From positions 192,001 to 256,000 of the forward strand of contig CAWFSF010000003.1 in the NCBI GenBank assembly GCA_963818475.1: a stretch of 64,000 nucleotides of DNA, written 5' to 3'. Origin of the DNA: Nitrospirota bacterium. GTDB taxonomy: Bacteria > Nitrospirota > UBA9217. A program made the position numbers and the translations under genes. The notes beneath the pieces were generated by a model. The model was not told the origin of the DNA and did not search any database. It saw only the letters and a list, made by a program, of their open reading frames with translations. Shown here in pieces: positions 1 through 9,986 of the stretch (the first letter of the stretch is position 1; each line of letters opens with the position of its first letter).

Positions 1-1619
1 CGCCCTTGGCCTCGGGGATCATGAGCGGAGCGTGTCCAGTCACCAGGTCCTTCACCTCGGCCAGAAGCTCCTGCGAGGCGTCCTCGAACACGAACCCGCG
101 CGATACGATGTCCGGGCCCGAGACGACCTTGCCCGTCGGCTTTTCGATGGCGAGGATCACGATCACCACGCCGTCGTGGGCGAGCCTCATCCGGTCGCGA
201 GCATCACGTGTCCACGCCGACTCGACGCCGACCCGGCGGTCTTGCCGTCGATGTAGCACGCGGCCCGCCTGGACCCGGCCTGCCCTGCGTCGCGGTGTCT
301 GGCCGTGAACTCCATCACCTCGCCGTCCTCCAGGATAAAGATGTGCTCTTCGGGGATGTTCACCTTCCTTGCCAGCTGGCTGTGGTACACCAGGTGGCGG
401 TACTCGCCGTGGACCGGGATGAAGTAGCGCGGCTTGATGAGGTTCAGCATCAGCTTCAGCTCTTCCTTGGACGCATGGCCCGACACGTGGATCTCCGAGA
501 CCTTCTCGTAGAAGACCTCGGCCCCGCGCTTGAACAGATGGTTGATGATCCCCGTGATGCCGCGCTCGTTGCCCGGGATCATCTTGGACGAGAGCACGAT
601 GGTGTCGCCCTTCCTGATCTGGAAATGCTTGTGGTCGTTGGCGGCCATGCGCGACAGCGCGCTCATGGGCTCGCCCTGGCTGCCGGTGGTGATCAGCACG
701 ACCTTGTCGTCGGGCAGGTTCTTGAGCGCGTCGATCTTGAGCCAGGTCTCGGGCGGCATCCGGAGATAGCCGAGGTCGAGGGCGATCTGGGCGTTGGCGA
801 TCATGCTCTTGCCGTTCAGGATCACCTTCCGGCCGTACATGACGGCCACGTCGACGATCTGCTGCACCCGGTGGATGTTCGAGGCAAAGGTGGCCACCAC
901 GATCCTGCCGGCTGCGCGGTGAAAGATGTCCTCCAGGCCGCGCCGCACTTCCTTTTCCGAGAAGGTGTAGCCGCCCTGCCCGGCGTTGGTGCTGTCCGAC
1001 AGGAACACCAGCGTTCCCTTGTCGCCGTACTCGGCAAAGGTGCGGAGGTCCATGATCTCGTTGTCCACGGGCGTGGGGTCGATCTTGAAGTCGCCGGTGT
1101 GCACCACGCGCCCCACCGGCGTCGTGATGCCGAGGCCGCAGCCGTCCACGATGCTGTGGGTCACGCGGATGAACTCCACCGGAAAGCAGCCGAGCTCCAC
1201 CACATCGCGGGGCTTGACCGTGACCAGCTTGCGCATCGGCATCGAGCCCGTGCTCCCGGAGCTTTTCCTTGACGAACCCGAGCGTCAGCCGGGTGCCGTA
1301 GACCGGGACGTTGATCTCGCGCAGCAGGAACGGCAGAGCGCCGATGTGGTCCTCGTGGGCATGGGTGATCAGGATGCCGCGCACCTTGTGTCTGGTTCTC
1401 GACGAGGTAGGTGAAGTCGGGGATCACGATGTCGACGCCGAGCATCTCGGCGTCGGGGAACATGAGGCCCGCATCGATCACGATGATATCGTCGCCGTAT
1501 TCGAGCACGGTCATGTTCAGGCCGATCTCGCCCACGCCGCCCAGCGGGATGATCGAGAGAGCGGGACCGGCAGACACGAGAGGTGCGGCGGAAGGGAGAT
1601 CATCAGGGATATCAGGCAC
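1..1619 (-). CDS. rnj: Ribonuclease J (metallo-beta-lactamase/beta-CASP); runs off the window start, several frameshifts
   Basis: ORF 1161-1619 begins [14 protein letters not shown]...IVIDAG; ORF 187-1242 has [48 protein letters not shown], all RNase J motifs. Confidence 0.95.
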
Positions 1620-2139
1620 CGGCGTGTGTCTCCTTGCTGAGGAACGAGGTAGTCAGTAATGAGCTTTCCGAATGAGGGTACCGCATTTTGAGGCGCTTTT
1701 CAAGCGTCATTTTGTCGAAGGCGGAGCGGCATGGAACGAGTCTTTCAAATTGCCGTTGGTGTATGCCACTTTAAATAGGATCGTATATGACTGCTGGTAC
1801 TTTAGCCGCAGATAACTCCGCAATTCCCGCTCTCATAAGCGATAATGCTTCATGGGGAATTCCTCATTATTTAGTGCTCTTCGTATAAAAGTTAAGAAGA
1901 TCTTTTTTCAGGGGAAATGGGGGTGAACTCTCATTAATAAGGCGGCTACCCCTTTTCTCCCTACTTCCCCCTTTCTCCTGAAAGAGGTTATTGATCTTGG
2001 ATTTTTATTTTCTGAGCGCTCAACTTAAATACGAATGAACCATTATTTAAGTGCCCCCTTTCCTTGAAACTCCACGCAAAGCGCTTTATACTTTAGATCA
2101 GGGTATGGCATGGAGGGAGAGAGAGAAAAAGGAGGGCTT

Positions 2140-2589
2140 ATGATTTCAAGGATCCTTGTACCAATAGACGGTTCAAAAATGTCACATAAGGCTGCACAAT
2201 ACGCGGTCGGGCTCGCGAAGCAAACAGACGCATCGTTGACGCTGCTGAGCGTCATCGACAATCGCTTCGTCATCGAACAGGCGATTTCAGCTTTCGCATC
2301 GCCGACCCATTTAAAAGAGTCTGTTGAAGACTATCTGAAGCAGTCAGCGCAATCATCCACGGACGAGATAGAAAAGATATGTAAACGGAATCGCATTCGA
2401 TATAAAGCGGTCATGAGGACGGGTCATCCCGTGGAACAAATTATGAACGAGGCAAAAAAATCAAAAGTTGACCTGATCATTATGGGCTCCCATGGCAAAA
2501 GCGCCCTTAAGGCGGCCGTGCTCGGCAGCGTTACGTACGGCGTCATGCACAAGGATACGAAAATCCCGCTCCTCATCGTAAGGCGATGA
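2140..2589 (+). CDS. Universal stress protein (UspA family)
   Basis: RILVPIDGS...DLIIMGSHG...LGSVT; GGAGG RBS before ATG 2140. Confidence 0.92.
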   Translation: MISRILVPIDGSKMSHKAAQYAVGLAKQTDASLTLLSVIDNRFVIEQAISAFASPTHLKESVEDYLKQSAQSSTDEIEKICKRNRIRYKAVMRTGHPVEQIMNEAKKSKVDLIIMGSHGKSALKAAVLGSVTYGVMHKDTKIPLLIVRR

Positions 2590-2630
2590 CCTGTCTGCAC
2601 GGAAAGGTTCTTGTGATTTCATGGGAAGGT

Positions 2631-5600
2631 CTATTTCCCCGCCTCCACCAGTTCGCTGAATTGTTCAGCCGGCATCGGCCTGCTGAACAAGTATCCCTGG
2701 GCCCCATCGCATTCCGAATCGCGCAGGAACGCGAGCTGCTCTTCGGTCTCAACGCCCTCGGCAACCGTCCGTATGCCCATCTTGTGCGCCATTGAAGTAA
2801 CTGCGCCAATGATCGCGCGGTCATCGGAATCTGTGGCAATATCGTGAATAAATGACTGGTCTATCTTGATCCGCTCGATCGGCAGTTTCTTGAGATAATT
2901 GAGCGACGAGCAGCCGGTGCCGAAATTGTGTATCGAAATATGCACTCCCAGTTCTCGCAATTCCTGGAGCTGTGAAGCGCTCTGCCTGACATCGCTCATT
3001 GCCGTGCTTTCGGCCATATCCAGGTCGAGGCAGCCTGGCGGCAGTCCTGTTTCCGTCAGAATGGCAGACAGCATCTTCACGAGGCCGGGGCTCTGGAACC
3101 GGCGGGAGGAAACGTTGACGGTAACACAAAAACTCTCCAATCCCGCTTTCCTCCACGCAGCAGCCTGAGAGCAAACGGTCCTCAGCACCCATTCGTCGAT
3201 CGATGTTATGAACCCCGTCTCCTCGGCGAGCGGAATAAAGTCTCGGGGCTCAAGCAGACCCCTCTGCGGGTGGTTCCATCGGACCAGCGCCTCGGCATAG
3301 GAAATTTTATTCGATTTGATGTCGATCTGGGGCTGATAGAGGACCGCAAGCTCCCCGCGGCGTATCGTCTGGCGCAGCCATCGTTCCAGCTTCATCCGCT
3401 CAATGGTCTTCACGTTGATCGAGGGATCAGAGAACCGGAACGTATTCCTGCCGCTTTCCTTCGCGTGGTACATGGCGCTATCCGCATAGCGGATCAGCGT
3501 TTCAATATCGTTGCTGTCATCCGGATACATGCTGATCCCGACGCTCATCGTGACATGCAGCTCATGACTGTTGATGATGATAGGCTCCCTGAGAGCATCG
3601 ACGATCTTGACCGCGATGTCGCTCACGTCTTCAATACGGCCGATATCCGCGAGGATCATGTTGAATTCGTCCCCGCCGATCCGGGCGACGGTGTCCGATT
3701 CACGGGTGGCCTTCCTGAACCGCTCCGCGACCGCTTTGAGCAGACGGTCCCCGGCATCGTGGCCGAGCGTATCGTTGATCTCCTTGAAGTGATCGAGGTC
3801 GAGAAACAGGACCGCAAGTTTCGTTCTGTGGCGCCGGGCCTCTGCCAGCTCGACCTGCAGGATGTCGATGAACAGTCGCCGGTTCGGAAGCCCGGTCAGG
3901 GCGTCGTGCTGCGCCATATGCCGGATCTCTTCTTCCATCCGCATCCGGTCGGTAATGTCCGTATTGGTGCCGAACCAGCGGACGATTTTTCCCTCGGCGT
4001 TGCGAATGGGTATTGCCCTCGAGAGAAACCATTGATACTCGCCCTCCTTGCTCCGCAGCGGGAAGGTATCCTCCCAGAATTCTCCCGTTTCAAAGCAGTG
4101 GCTGATCTTTTTCACGACCCGGTTTACGTGATCGGGGTGATGGACCTTCTGCCACCCCCACCCTTGCATTTCCTCCAGGGTCGTTCCCGTGTAGTCGAAC
4201 CAGCGTTTGTTGTACCAGAATATTCCCCCGTTCTCGTCGGTCATCCAGGCGAGCTGAGCGATGTTGTCGGCCAGGGTGCGGAAGCGCTCCTCGCTTTCGA
4301 GAAGGGCGGCCTCGGCCCGTTTTCGTTCCGAAATATCCTTGAACGAGACCACGGTGCCGACGATGGCGTCTCCCTCACGAATGGGTGTCGTCACATACTC
4401 CACCGGGAAGCTCGTTCCGTCCTTTTTCCAGAATACTTCACCGTCAACGTGTCGCGAGTTTCCGTCCCATCTGGTTTGATATATCCGACACTCACTTTCA
4501 GGGAACGGACTTCCATCCGCTTTGGTATGATGCCAAATGGAGTGACTGTGTTTCCCCATCAGCTTTTCGGATGAATACCCGAGAATGTGTGCCGCTGCGC
4601 TGTTCAAAAAAATGTGATTTCCTTCTGCGTTCATTCCGATGATTCCGTCGCCGGCCGATTCAAGGATCAGTTCGTTTTGGCGGTTTATTCTTATAAGTTC
4701 TTCCTCGACCTTTTTTCGTTCGCTGATGTCCTGCGCAAATGCCCAGTTATACTCACGGCCGCCGAATGCTATATAATTGCTGGTGATCTCGACGGGGATC
4801 ACGCTCCCGTCTTTTTTTGTGTGCAGGGTCTCGAAATGCAAACGATTTCCTTCTTTGAGCTCCACCCATCCGGCATTCCATGACGAAGCCCGGACATTCG
4901 GGTCCAGATCGAAGATCTTCATGGCCAGCAGTTCCTCGCGCGAATACCCGAGGACGCGGCATGCCTGCTCGTTAACATAGAGAATCCGCGCTGTCCGGTC
5001 TACCAGAAATACCGATATCGAAGCGTGGTCGACCGAGAACTGCGTTAATTTTAATTCTTCTTCGGCCAGGCGCGCCTCGGTTACATCCTGCGTGGTTCCT
5101 CTCATCCCGACCACGGCGCCGGCGCTGTTGTATTGAAAGAGCGATCGGGAATGCAGGATCCGAATATCTCCGTCCTTCCTGATAATCCGGAACTCGTTCA
5201 CGGAAGTCTCTTTCTGCATATTTTCCGCTTCTGCAATCGATTTTTCCAGACCGGGCCTGTCCTCGGGGTGCACCCTCGCCATAATGACTTCAAATGCTCC
5301 TTTGGATTTTCCGCGCGGTATATTGAAGATGCGGTAGACTTCATCGGACAATGTCAGCTTGTTTGTCTGGGCGTCCCATTCCCAATTGCCGATTCCGGCT
5401 ATGCGCTGGGCCTCTTCGAGCAGGGTCTTTCCTTTTTGGACTTCCTGTTCATTTTTTTTGCGATCGGTTATGTCGTCCGCAATACCGCTCAAACGGACGA
5501 CCCGGCCCTTTGCGTCCCGCACTATCGTGCCCCGGTCGCGTATCCATCGTACGCCGCCGTCCTGCCTCACAATGCGGTATTCCATGTCAAAGCCTGCAAC

Positions 5601-7508
5601 TTTCCCTGCTGCCCAGTCGTTAAAGACCTGATCCACGCGGTCCCGGTCTTCGGGATGAATAGCCTGTACCCAGAGCCGCGGATTGCGATAGAGGTCTTCG
5701 GCCCGGTGCCCCCAGATCCTCTCATACGCCGGGCTGACATACAGCACCCGCTCGGGCGCGACGGTGGTGAACCAGAATACCTGGTCTGTATTCTCTGCGA
5801 GCTGCCGGAAACGTTCTTCGCTTTCCTGCAATTTTTGCTCGGCCTGTTTCCGGTCGGTTATCTCGCGGACAATGGCGAGCAGCCGGGTTTCCCCTCCTAT
5901 GACCGCGCGCTTGAGATTCACCTCGACCCAGAATAATTCCCCGCTTTTTCTCCTGCTCAGCCATTCGAAAAGCTGGGGAGGACCTTCGGCAGCGCGCCGG
6001 ATCCATTTCAGCGCATCCTGAACGGTATAGCCCGGCGCTCCGCTAAAGAGGGATTCGGAAAGAAAATTCCGGAATTCTTCCTGCGGATAGCCGAACATTT
6101 CGAATGTCTTCCGGTTGGAGGAAATAACATCACCCGTATCTATGTCGTGAACAAAGATCGCATCATTGACGGACTCGAAGATCTCGCGGTAATTTGTTTC
6201 GGACGTGCGCAAAGCCTCCTCGGCCCTCCTGCGCGCGGTGATATCGCTGAACGTAACGACGGAGCCGAGTATCCGGCCGTCCGCTACAATTGGCGTACTG
6301 GTATATTCAACAGGAAATCTCGCACCATCCCTTCTGCAGAAACATTCGTCTTCAACATGCCTCGCTTTTCCTTCCTCGAACGGCGCATACGTCTTGCACT
6401 CCTTCTCGGGATAGCAGGTGCCGTCGGCCCACTTAACATAGGGCATGCATGAGGAGCTGTGCCTGCCGATGCATTCTTCGGGAGTGAAACCGAGCATGGC
6501 GGCAGCGGCTTTATTCATGAAAATAAAATTGCCCAGTCTGTCGAGCCCGAAGATCCCTTCGCCCGCAGCCTCGAGGATCAGTTGATGAAGATGGCTGAGC
6601 TGTTTCAGCCGCTCCTCGGCCTCCTTGCGCGCGGTAATGTCCCGCACGGTCGCCAGTATCCGCTGCTGCCCCCCGACGTCGGCCCGCTTGAGATTGATCT
6701 CGACCCAGAACAATTCACCTTTTTTATTTTTTGCCAGCCATTCGAACACCTGCGGCGGGCCTTCGGCCGCGCGGCGGATCCATTGCATGGCCTCCTTCCG
6801 GCCATAGCCTCGGGTTCCCGCACTTATGGCTTCCGGATCGATCCCGACCACTTCGTCAACCGAGTATCCATACATCTCCGCTGTTTTTGGATTGACTTCG
6901 AGGACCGCCCCGGTTTTTATATCATGTATGAAAATAGCATCATTCGCAGCATCGAATATGGACCGGTAGTTCTCGGCCGATCTCTTAAGCGCCTGTTCGG
7001 CGTTTTTTCGTTCGAGTTCTGCGGCCGCTCTGGCCCCGAAGATCTGAAGAAACACCGTTATTTCTTCCTGTCGGTCCGCCGGTATCGCCTTCGTCCCGAG
7101 CGCCGCGATCAAGCCCAGAGGCCGTCCTGTTGATGAAAAAAGCGGAATCCCCATATAGCTCTCTGCGCCGAAGTGCGAGAGGACCGCATCCTTCGGAAAG
7201 AGCCTCTGGACGTCCCGCGGGTAAATGCACAATTGCTTGCCCGCTACAAAATTGCAGGGGGTATTCTCCAGGTCGTACTCAATATTTTCGATGAAGCGGT
7301 CTTGCGCATAGAGCGCCGTGGTCCTTATTCTCTTCCCTTCGGTCAGTTCGCCCACAAACGCATAGTCGAGGCAAAGATCCATGTCCCGGACGATGATTTC
7401 CGCAATCGATCGGAGATAGTGATCTCCCATCAATTCGAATATTTTTTTTGCCGCCAGACGGGGAAGGCGGACCGTTTCGGCTGGCTTCTGTTTTACGTTT
7501 TTATGCAT
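2631..7508 (-). CDS. GAF + about 8 PAS/PAC + GGDEF + degenerate EAL diguanylate cyclase
   Basis: HDALTGLPNR, RESD I-site, GGDEF, AEALVRW, VAEGVETEEQ; repeated PAS/PAC modules. Confidence 0.93.
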   Translation of the reverse strand: MHKNVKQKPAETVRLPRLAAKKIFELMGDHYLRSIAEIIVRDMDLCLDYAFVGELTEGKRIRTTALYAQDRFIENIEYDLENTPCNFVAGKQLCIYPRDVQRLFPKDAVLSHFGAESYMGIPLFSSTGRPLGLIAALGTKAIPADRQEEITVFLQIFGARAAAELERKNAEQALKRSAENYRSIFDAANDAIFIHDIKTGAVLEVNPKTAEMYGYSVDEVVGIDPEAISAGTRGYGRKEAMQWIRRAAEGPPQVFEWLAKNKKGELFWVEINLKRADVGGQQRILATVRDITARKEAEERLKQLSHLHQLILEAAGEGIFGLDRLGNFIFMNKAAAAMLGFTPEECIGRHSSSCMPYVKWADGTCYPEKECKTYAPFEEGKARHVEDECFCRRDGARFPVEYTSTPIVADGRILGSVVTFSDITARRRAEEALRTSETNYREIFESVNDAIFVHDIDTGDVISSNRKTFEMFGYPQEEFRNFLSESLFSGAPGYTVQDALKWIRRAAEGPPQLFEWLSRRKSGELFWVEVNLKRAVIGGETRLLAIVREITDRKQAEQKLQESEERFRQLAENTDQVFWFTTVAPERVLYVSPAYERIWGHRAEDLYRNPRLWVQAIHPEDRDRVDQVFNDWAAGKVAGFDMEYRIVRQDGGVRWIRDRGTIVRDAKGRVVRLSGIADDITDRKKNEQEVQKGKTLLEEAQRIAGIGNWEWDAQTNKLTLSDEVYRIFNIPRGKSKGAFEVIMARVHPEDRPGLEKSIAEAENMQKETSVNEFRIIRKDGDIRILHSRSLFQYNSAGAVVGMRGTTQDVTEARLAEEELKLTQFSVDHASISVFLVDRTARILYVNEQACRVLGYSREELLAMKIFDLDPNVRASSWNAGWVELKEGNRLHFETLHTKKDGSVIPVEITSNYIAFGGREYNWAFAQDISERKKVEEELIRINRQNELILESAGDGIIGMNAEGNHIFLNSAAAHILGYSSEKLMGKHSHSIWHHTKADGSPFPESECRIYQTRWDGNSRHVDGEVFWKKDGTSFPVEYVTTPIREGDAIVGTVVSFKDISERKRAEAALLESEERFRTLADNIAQLAWMTDENGGIFWYNKRWFDYTGTTLEEMQGWGWQKVHHPDHVNRVVKKISHCFETGEFWEDTFPLRSKEGEYQWFLSRAIPIRNAEGKIVRWFGTNTDITDRMRMEEEIRHMAQHDALTGLPNRRLFIDILQVELAEARRHRTKLAVLFLDLDHFKEINDTLGHDAGDRLLKAVAERFRKATRESDTVARIGGDEFNMILADIGRIEDVSDIAVKIVDALREPIIINSHELHVTMSVGISMYPDDSNDIETLIRYADSAMYHAKESGRNTFRFSDPSINVKTIERMKLERWLRQTIRRGELAVLYQPQIDIKSNKISYAEALVRWNHPQRGLLEPRDFIPLAEETGFITSIDEWVLRTVCSQAAAWRKAGLESFCVTVNVSSRRFQSPGLVKMLSAILTETGLPPGCLDLDMAESTAMSDVRQSASQLQELRELGVHISIHNFGTGCSSLNYLKKLPIERIKIDQSFIHDIATDSDDRAIIGAVTSMAHKMGIRTVAEGVETEEQLAFLRDSECDGAQGYLFSRPMPAEQFSELVEAGK

Positions 7509-7779
7509 TTTTTCCGCTTAACCTTCGCAATTCACCCCTGCCAAAAAGAGATTGTCGGTTCAACTCTTTTTTGTCATCTTCGTATTCATCTATTCGGGTC
7601 ACGAAAAAATAAAGATAGAGAAAGCATACTTTCTTATCATACAGGCACATTAACTAATTCAACTATATCTCAGGATTTGAATCGGTGAGGGGGGTGGTGT
7701 CAAGAGTATCTTCTGAATATTTTATTGCATGGTATTTCAGAATATTCTGCGTCACAAGCCGGAGCTAAATGAAAGAATC

Positions 7780-7825
7780 AACTCACCCTTCTGTCCAAAC
7801 TCCGGCACTGGATCGCTTCAGAGAT
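7780..7825. repeat. 46-bp direct repeat, copy 1 (duplicate of the comM 3' end, att-like)
   Basis: aactcacccttctgtccaaactccggcactggatcgcttcagagat matches 9989-10034 with one mismatch. Confidence 0.9.
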
Positions 7826-7869
7826 TCTGAGCCGCTTTTCACGCATCATTTTGACAGGCAGGTTGATAC

Positions 7870-8388
7870 TTAATCGGGTGCTGTTTGCTCATTCTGGAAG
7901 GACAGGTATCCGCAGCAGAAGACCGAAGCGATGATGATTACAAGACCGAGGAGGTAGGCCAGGGTTCCCACTGCCTGGTCATGACGCAAAAGGCCAAGGC
8001 CCGAGAGTATATAGTTCCAGTCGTGGATCGAGTCCTCACCGCCGCCCACCGAGACCAGAGGCAGGGCCATGGCCTGGGCGTCCTTGATGTACACCGATAT
8101 GTTGAACAGGTTCTGGCCGACCCAGAAAAGCGTGACCGCTGCGGAATAGAGCTCGCGGCGCAGGAAGAAGTAGACCGTGAACGCTGTCGGCACGAACAAC
8201 TGCCCGAGGGTGCCGCCCGTAACCATCAGGCGTTCGCCGAACCAGCTGAGGAGCAAATGCCCTGCCTCGTGGGCCGCCAGGTCGACACGGTCGAGAAAAC
8301 GGTATTCGGATACGTCGTGGGCAAGCATTATACCGTAGACCGCTAGCAGCACGGCACCGGAGGCTTTCATGTAGTTTGTTTTTTTCAT
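7870..8388 (-). CDS. Membrane protein with HExxH motif (M50-like peptidase-related)
   Basis: AHEAGH, GGTLGQL, HDWNY and about four hydrophobic segments. Confidence 0.7.
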   Translation of the reverse strand: MKKTNYMKASGAVLLAVYGIMLAHDVSEYRFLDRVDLAAHEAGHLLLSWFGERLMVTGGTLGQLFVPTAFTVYFFLRRELYSAAVTLFWVGQNLFNISVYIKDAQAMALPLVSVGGGEDSIHDWNYILSGLGLLRHDQAVGTLAYLLGLVIIIASVFCCGYLSFQNEQTAPD

Positions 8389-8439
8389 ACTTTCGAAAGG
8401 TCTCTGATGGATTCGCGGCTTATTCCTATTTGCTGTTAC

Positions 8440-8571
8440 GTCAAACCTTTTTCTCGCACTGCGTGGCAATCTTTATAGCCACTTTAAGCGTCCGTTGTTT
8501 TTTCTGAAGACAGGGTCTTTTAAGTCCTCGCGTAATCTACCGCGGAAAGTTCTTACTTTTTCCTTCGTCAT
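8440..8571 (-). pseudogene. Decayed XRE/HigA-like antitoxin N-terminal fragment
   Basis: Translates MTKEKVRTFRGRLREDLKDPVF then, in another frame, TLKVAIKIA; resembles the N-terminus of HigA-type HTH proteins; HTH is missing. Confidence 0.4.
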
Positions 8572-8674
8572 ATGCCACTTCTGCGGCGTTCTATTTGAAT
8601 AGCTTCCTCAAGCTTTCTTCTTCTTTCTTCTCTTCGACAAAGTAACATTCGGCCTGCTCGTCACTGGGGCGTTT

Positions 8675-9079
8675 TTACTTCTTGATATAGTAGCCCTTTA
8701 TCCTCTCCCGGTCCTCACTCGCCTTATCTCCCTTATAATAAATCTCAAGGAACTCTATCCCGTCCTCCTCCTCGTGATACGCATAAATGACCCGTATCCC
8801 CGACTGCGCGCCTTTACCTTTCAGCGCCTTGCAGGCAAATTTCTTGGCCTTGTAAATTTTCGGGGAGCGAATGCCGAGATCGGATATATGAAAGATCGCG
8901 TTGCTGTCGACCTTCTTCTTGTGAAACGCGTTCATCGCGACCTTGATGAACATTCGCAGGTCTTCTTCGAGGGAGGAGAACCTCTTCAGAAGCTTCTTCA
9001 GGTCCTTTTCGAATTCCGGGACCTGAGCAATTTGCTTAAACAGCGTCCCTGCGAATTCACCGTAGAACTCTTTCCCCAT
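8675..9079 (-). CDS. RelE/HigB-like toxin
   Basis: PEFEKDLKKLLKRF...KGKGAQSGIRVIYAY...IEFLEIYYKGDK; 1-nt overlap with the upstream antitoxin. Confidence 0.72.
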   Translation of the reverse strand: MGKEFYGEFAGTLFKQIAQVPEFEKDLKKLLKRFSSLEEDLRMFIKVAMNAFHKKKVDSNAIFHISDLGIRSPKIYKAKKFACKALKGKGAQSGIRVIYAYHEEEDGIEFLEIYYKGDKASEDRERIKGYYIKK

Positions 9080-9873
9080 CAGCTCTCTTCCGCATATGCC
9101 CGCACGGAATAGGGCGGTGTTCGGTAAAAGACGGATTCGTACTCGATGGCGTCACCGTCGCTGGTCGTGACCCAAGGCACGTCGCCATGAGAGTACGCGC
9201 TGATCTGGCTTGCGTTCATATCGGATAGTCGGTTCAGGACGTCGTCAATCACCTCGAGCTCGGTCCCGGTGAGTTTCACCAGGTCAGGCTTCCGGCGGGG
9301 CAGATATTTGGTCTGCTGCAACTTGAAGTACTCGCTCTTGACCTTTTCGAGCTCCCCATCTTTGATCATTTTCTCGACGATCTTGACGAACTCCACCGGC
9401 GTCGGTCCGAATTTGTTCTTGATGTACGTAGCGCCGACCAGCTGTTCCTCATATTTTTCATAGAAATCGAAGTCGATAAAATAGAGAAGCTTGTAAATGA
9501 CCGTCTCGCCGATGTTCTCTTTGGCGCCTACCTTATTCAGGATGTACAACAGCACTTCCTTAAATTTTTGAAGGTTCTTCTGCGGCACACTGATCCGCAT
9601 TTGCGGCTTGGAAGCTTTTTCTTCCTTCCCCCCTTTCCCCTCTTGCAGGTGGACATCGGGCTGTGTTCCGGGATTCAACAAGTCGTCCAAGGACACGCGG
9701 AAGATCTGAGAGAACTTAACAAGCTCGTCGGCCGCGGTTTTCCGTGCGCCACTTTCTATTTGCGAGATGGCGGGGCGCGGCAATTTCATAGCCTGCGCCA
9801 GCGCGTCCTGGCTCATCCCGGCCTTTTCCCGCAGCTCTTTTATTCTGTGCCCTATTTTTACGTAAATGCTCAT
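9079..9873 (-). CDS. XRE HTH + Panacea (DUF4065/SocA-like) antitoxin
   Basis: N-terminal RIKELREKAGMSQDALA...ISQIESG; C-terminal YKLLYFIDF, FGPTP, SAYSHGDVPW. Confidence 0.82.
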   Translation of the reverse strand: MSIYVKIGHRIKELREKAGMSQDALAQAMKLPRPAISQIESGARKTAADELVKFSQIFRVSLDDLLNPGTQPDVHLQEGKGGKEEKASKPQMRISVPQKNLQKFKEVLLYILNKVGAKENIGETVIYKLLYFIDFDFYEKYEEQLVGATYIKNKFGPTPVEFVKIVEKMIKDGELEKVKSEYFKLQQTKYLPRRKPDLVKLTGTELEVIDDVLNRLSDMNASQISAYSHGDVPWVTTSDGDAIEYESVFYRTPPYSVRAYAEES

Positions 9874-9884
9874 GAAGTGTCCCC

Positions 9885-9921
9885 TTGACACCATGTTACC
9901 ACAGGTTCGATTATCTGTCAA
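9885..9921 (-). promoter_or_regulatory. Sigma70-like promoter of the TA operon with a flanking TTGACA/TGTCAA inverted pair (possible operator)
   Basis: Minus strand TTGACA-N17-TAACAT (9921-9893); plus strand ttgaca at 9885 and tgtcaa at 9916. Confidence 0.55.
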
Positions 9922-9986
9922 TGAATTGTTTGATTATCTTACGAAAGGTTGGCGAGAAGGAGGGGCTTTTTCAGTAGAGGCTGTTC

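Noticed and set aside
1700-2100. AT-rich spacer with an imperfect hairpin (about 1915-1956) as ncRNA or riboswitch
   Set aside because: No recognisable conserved RNA motif; more likely a divergent promoter region or decayed remnant
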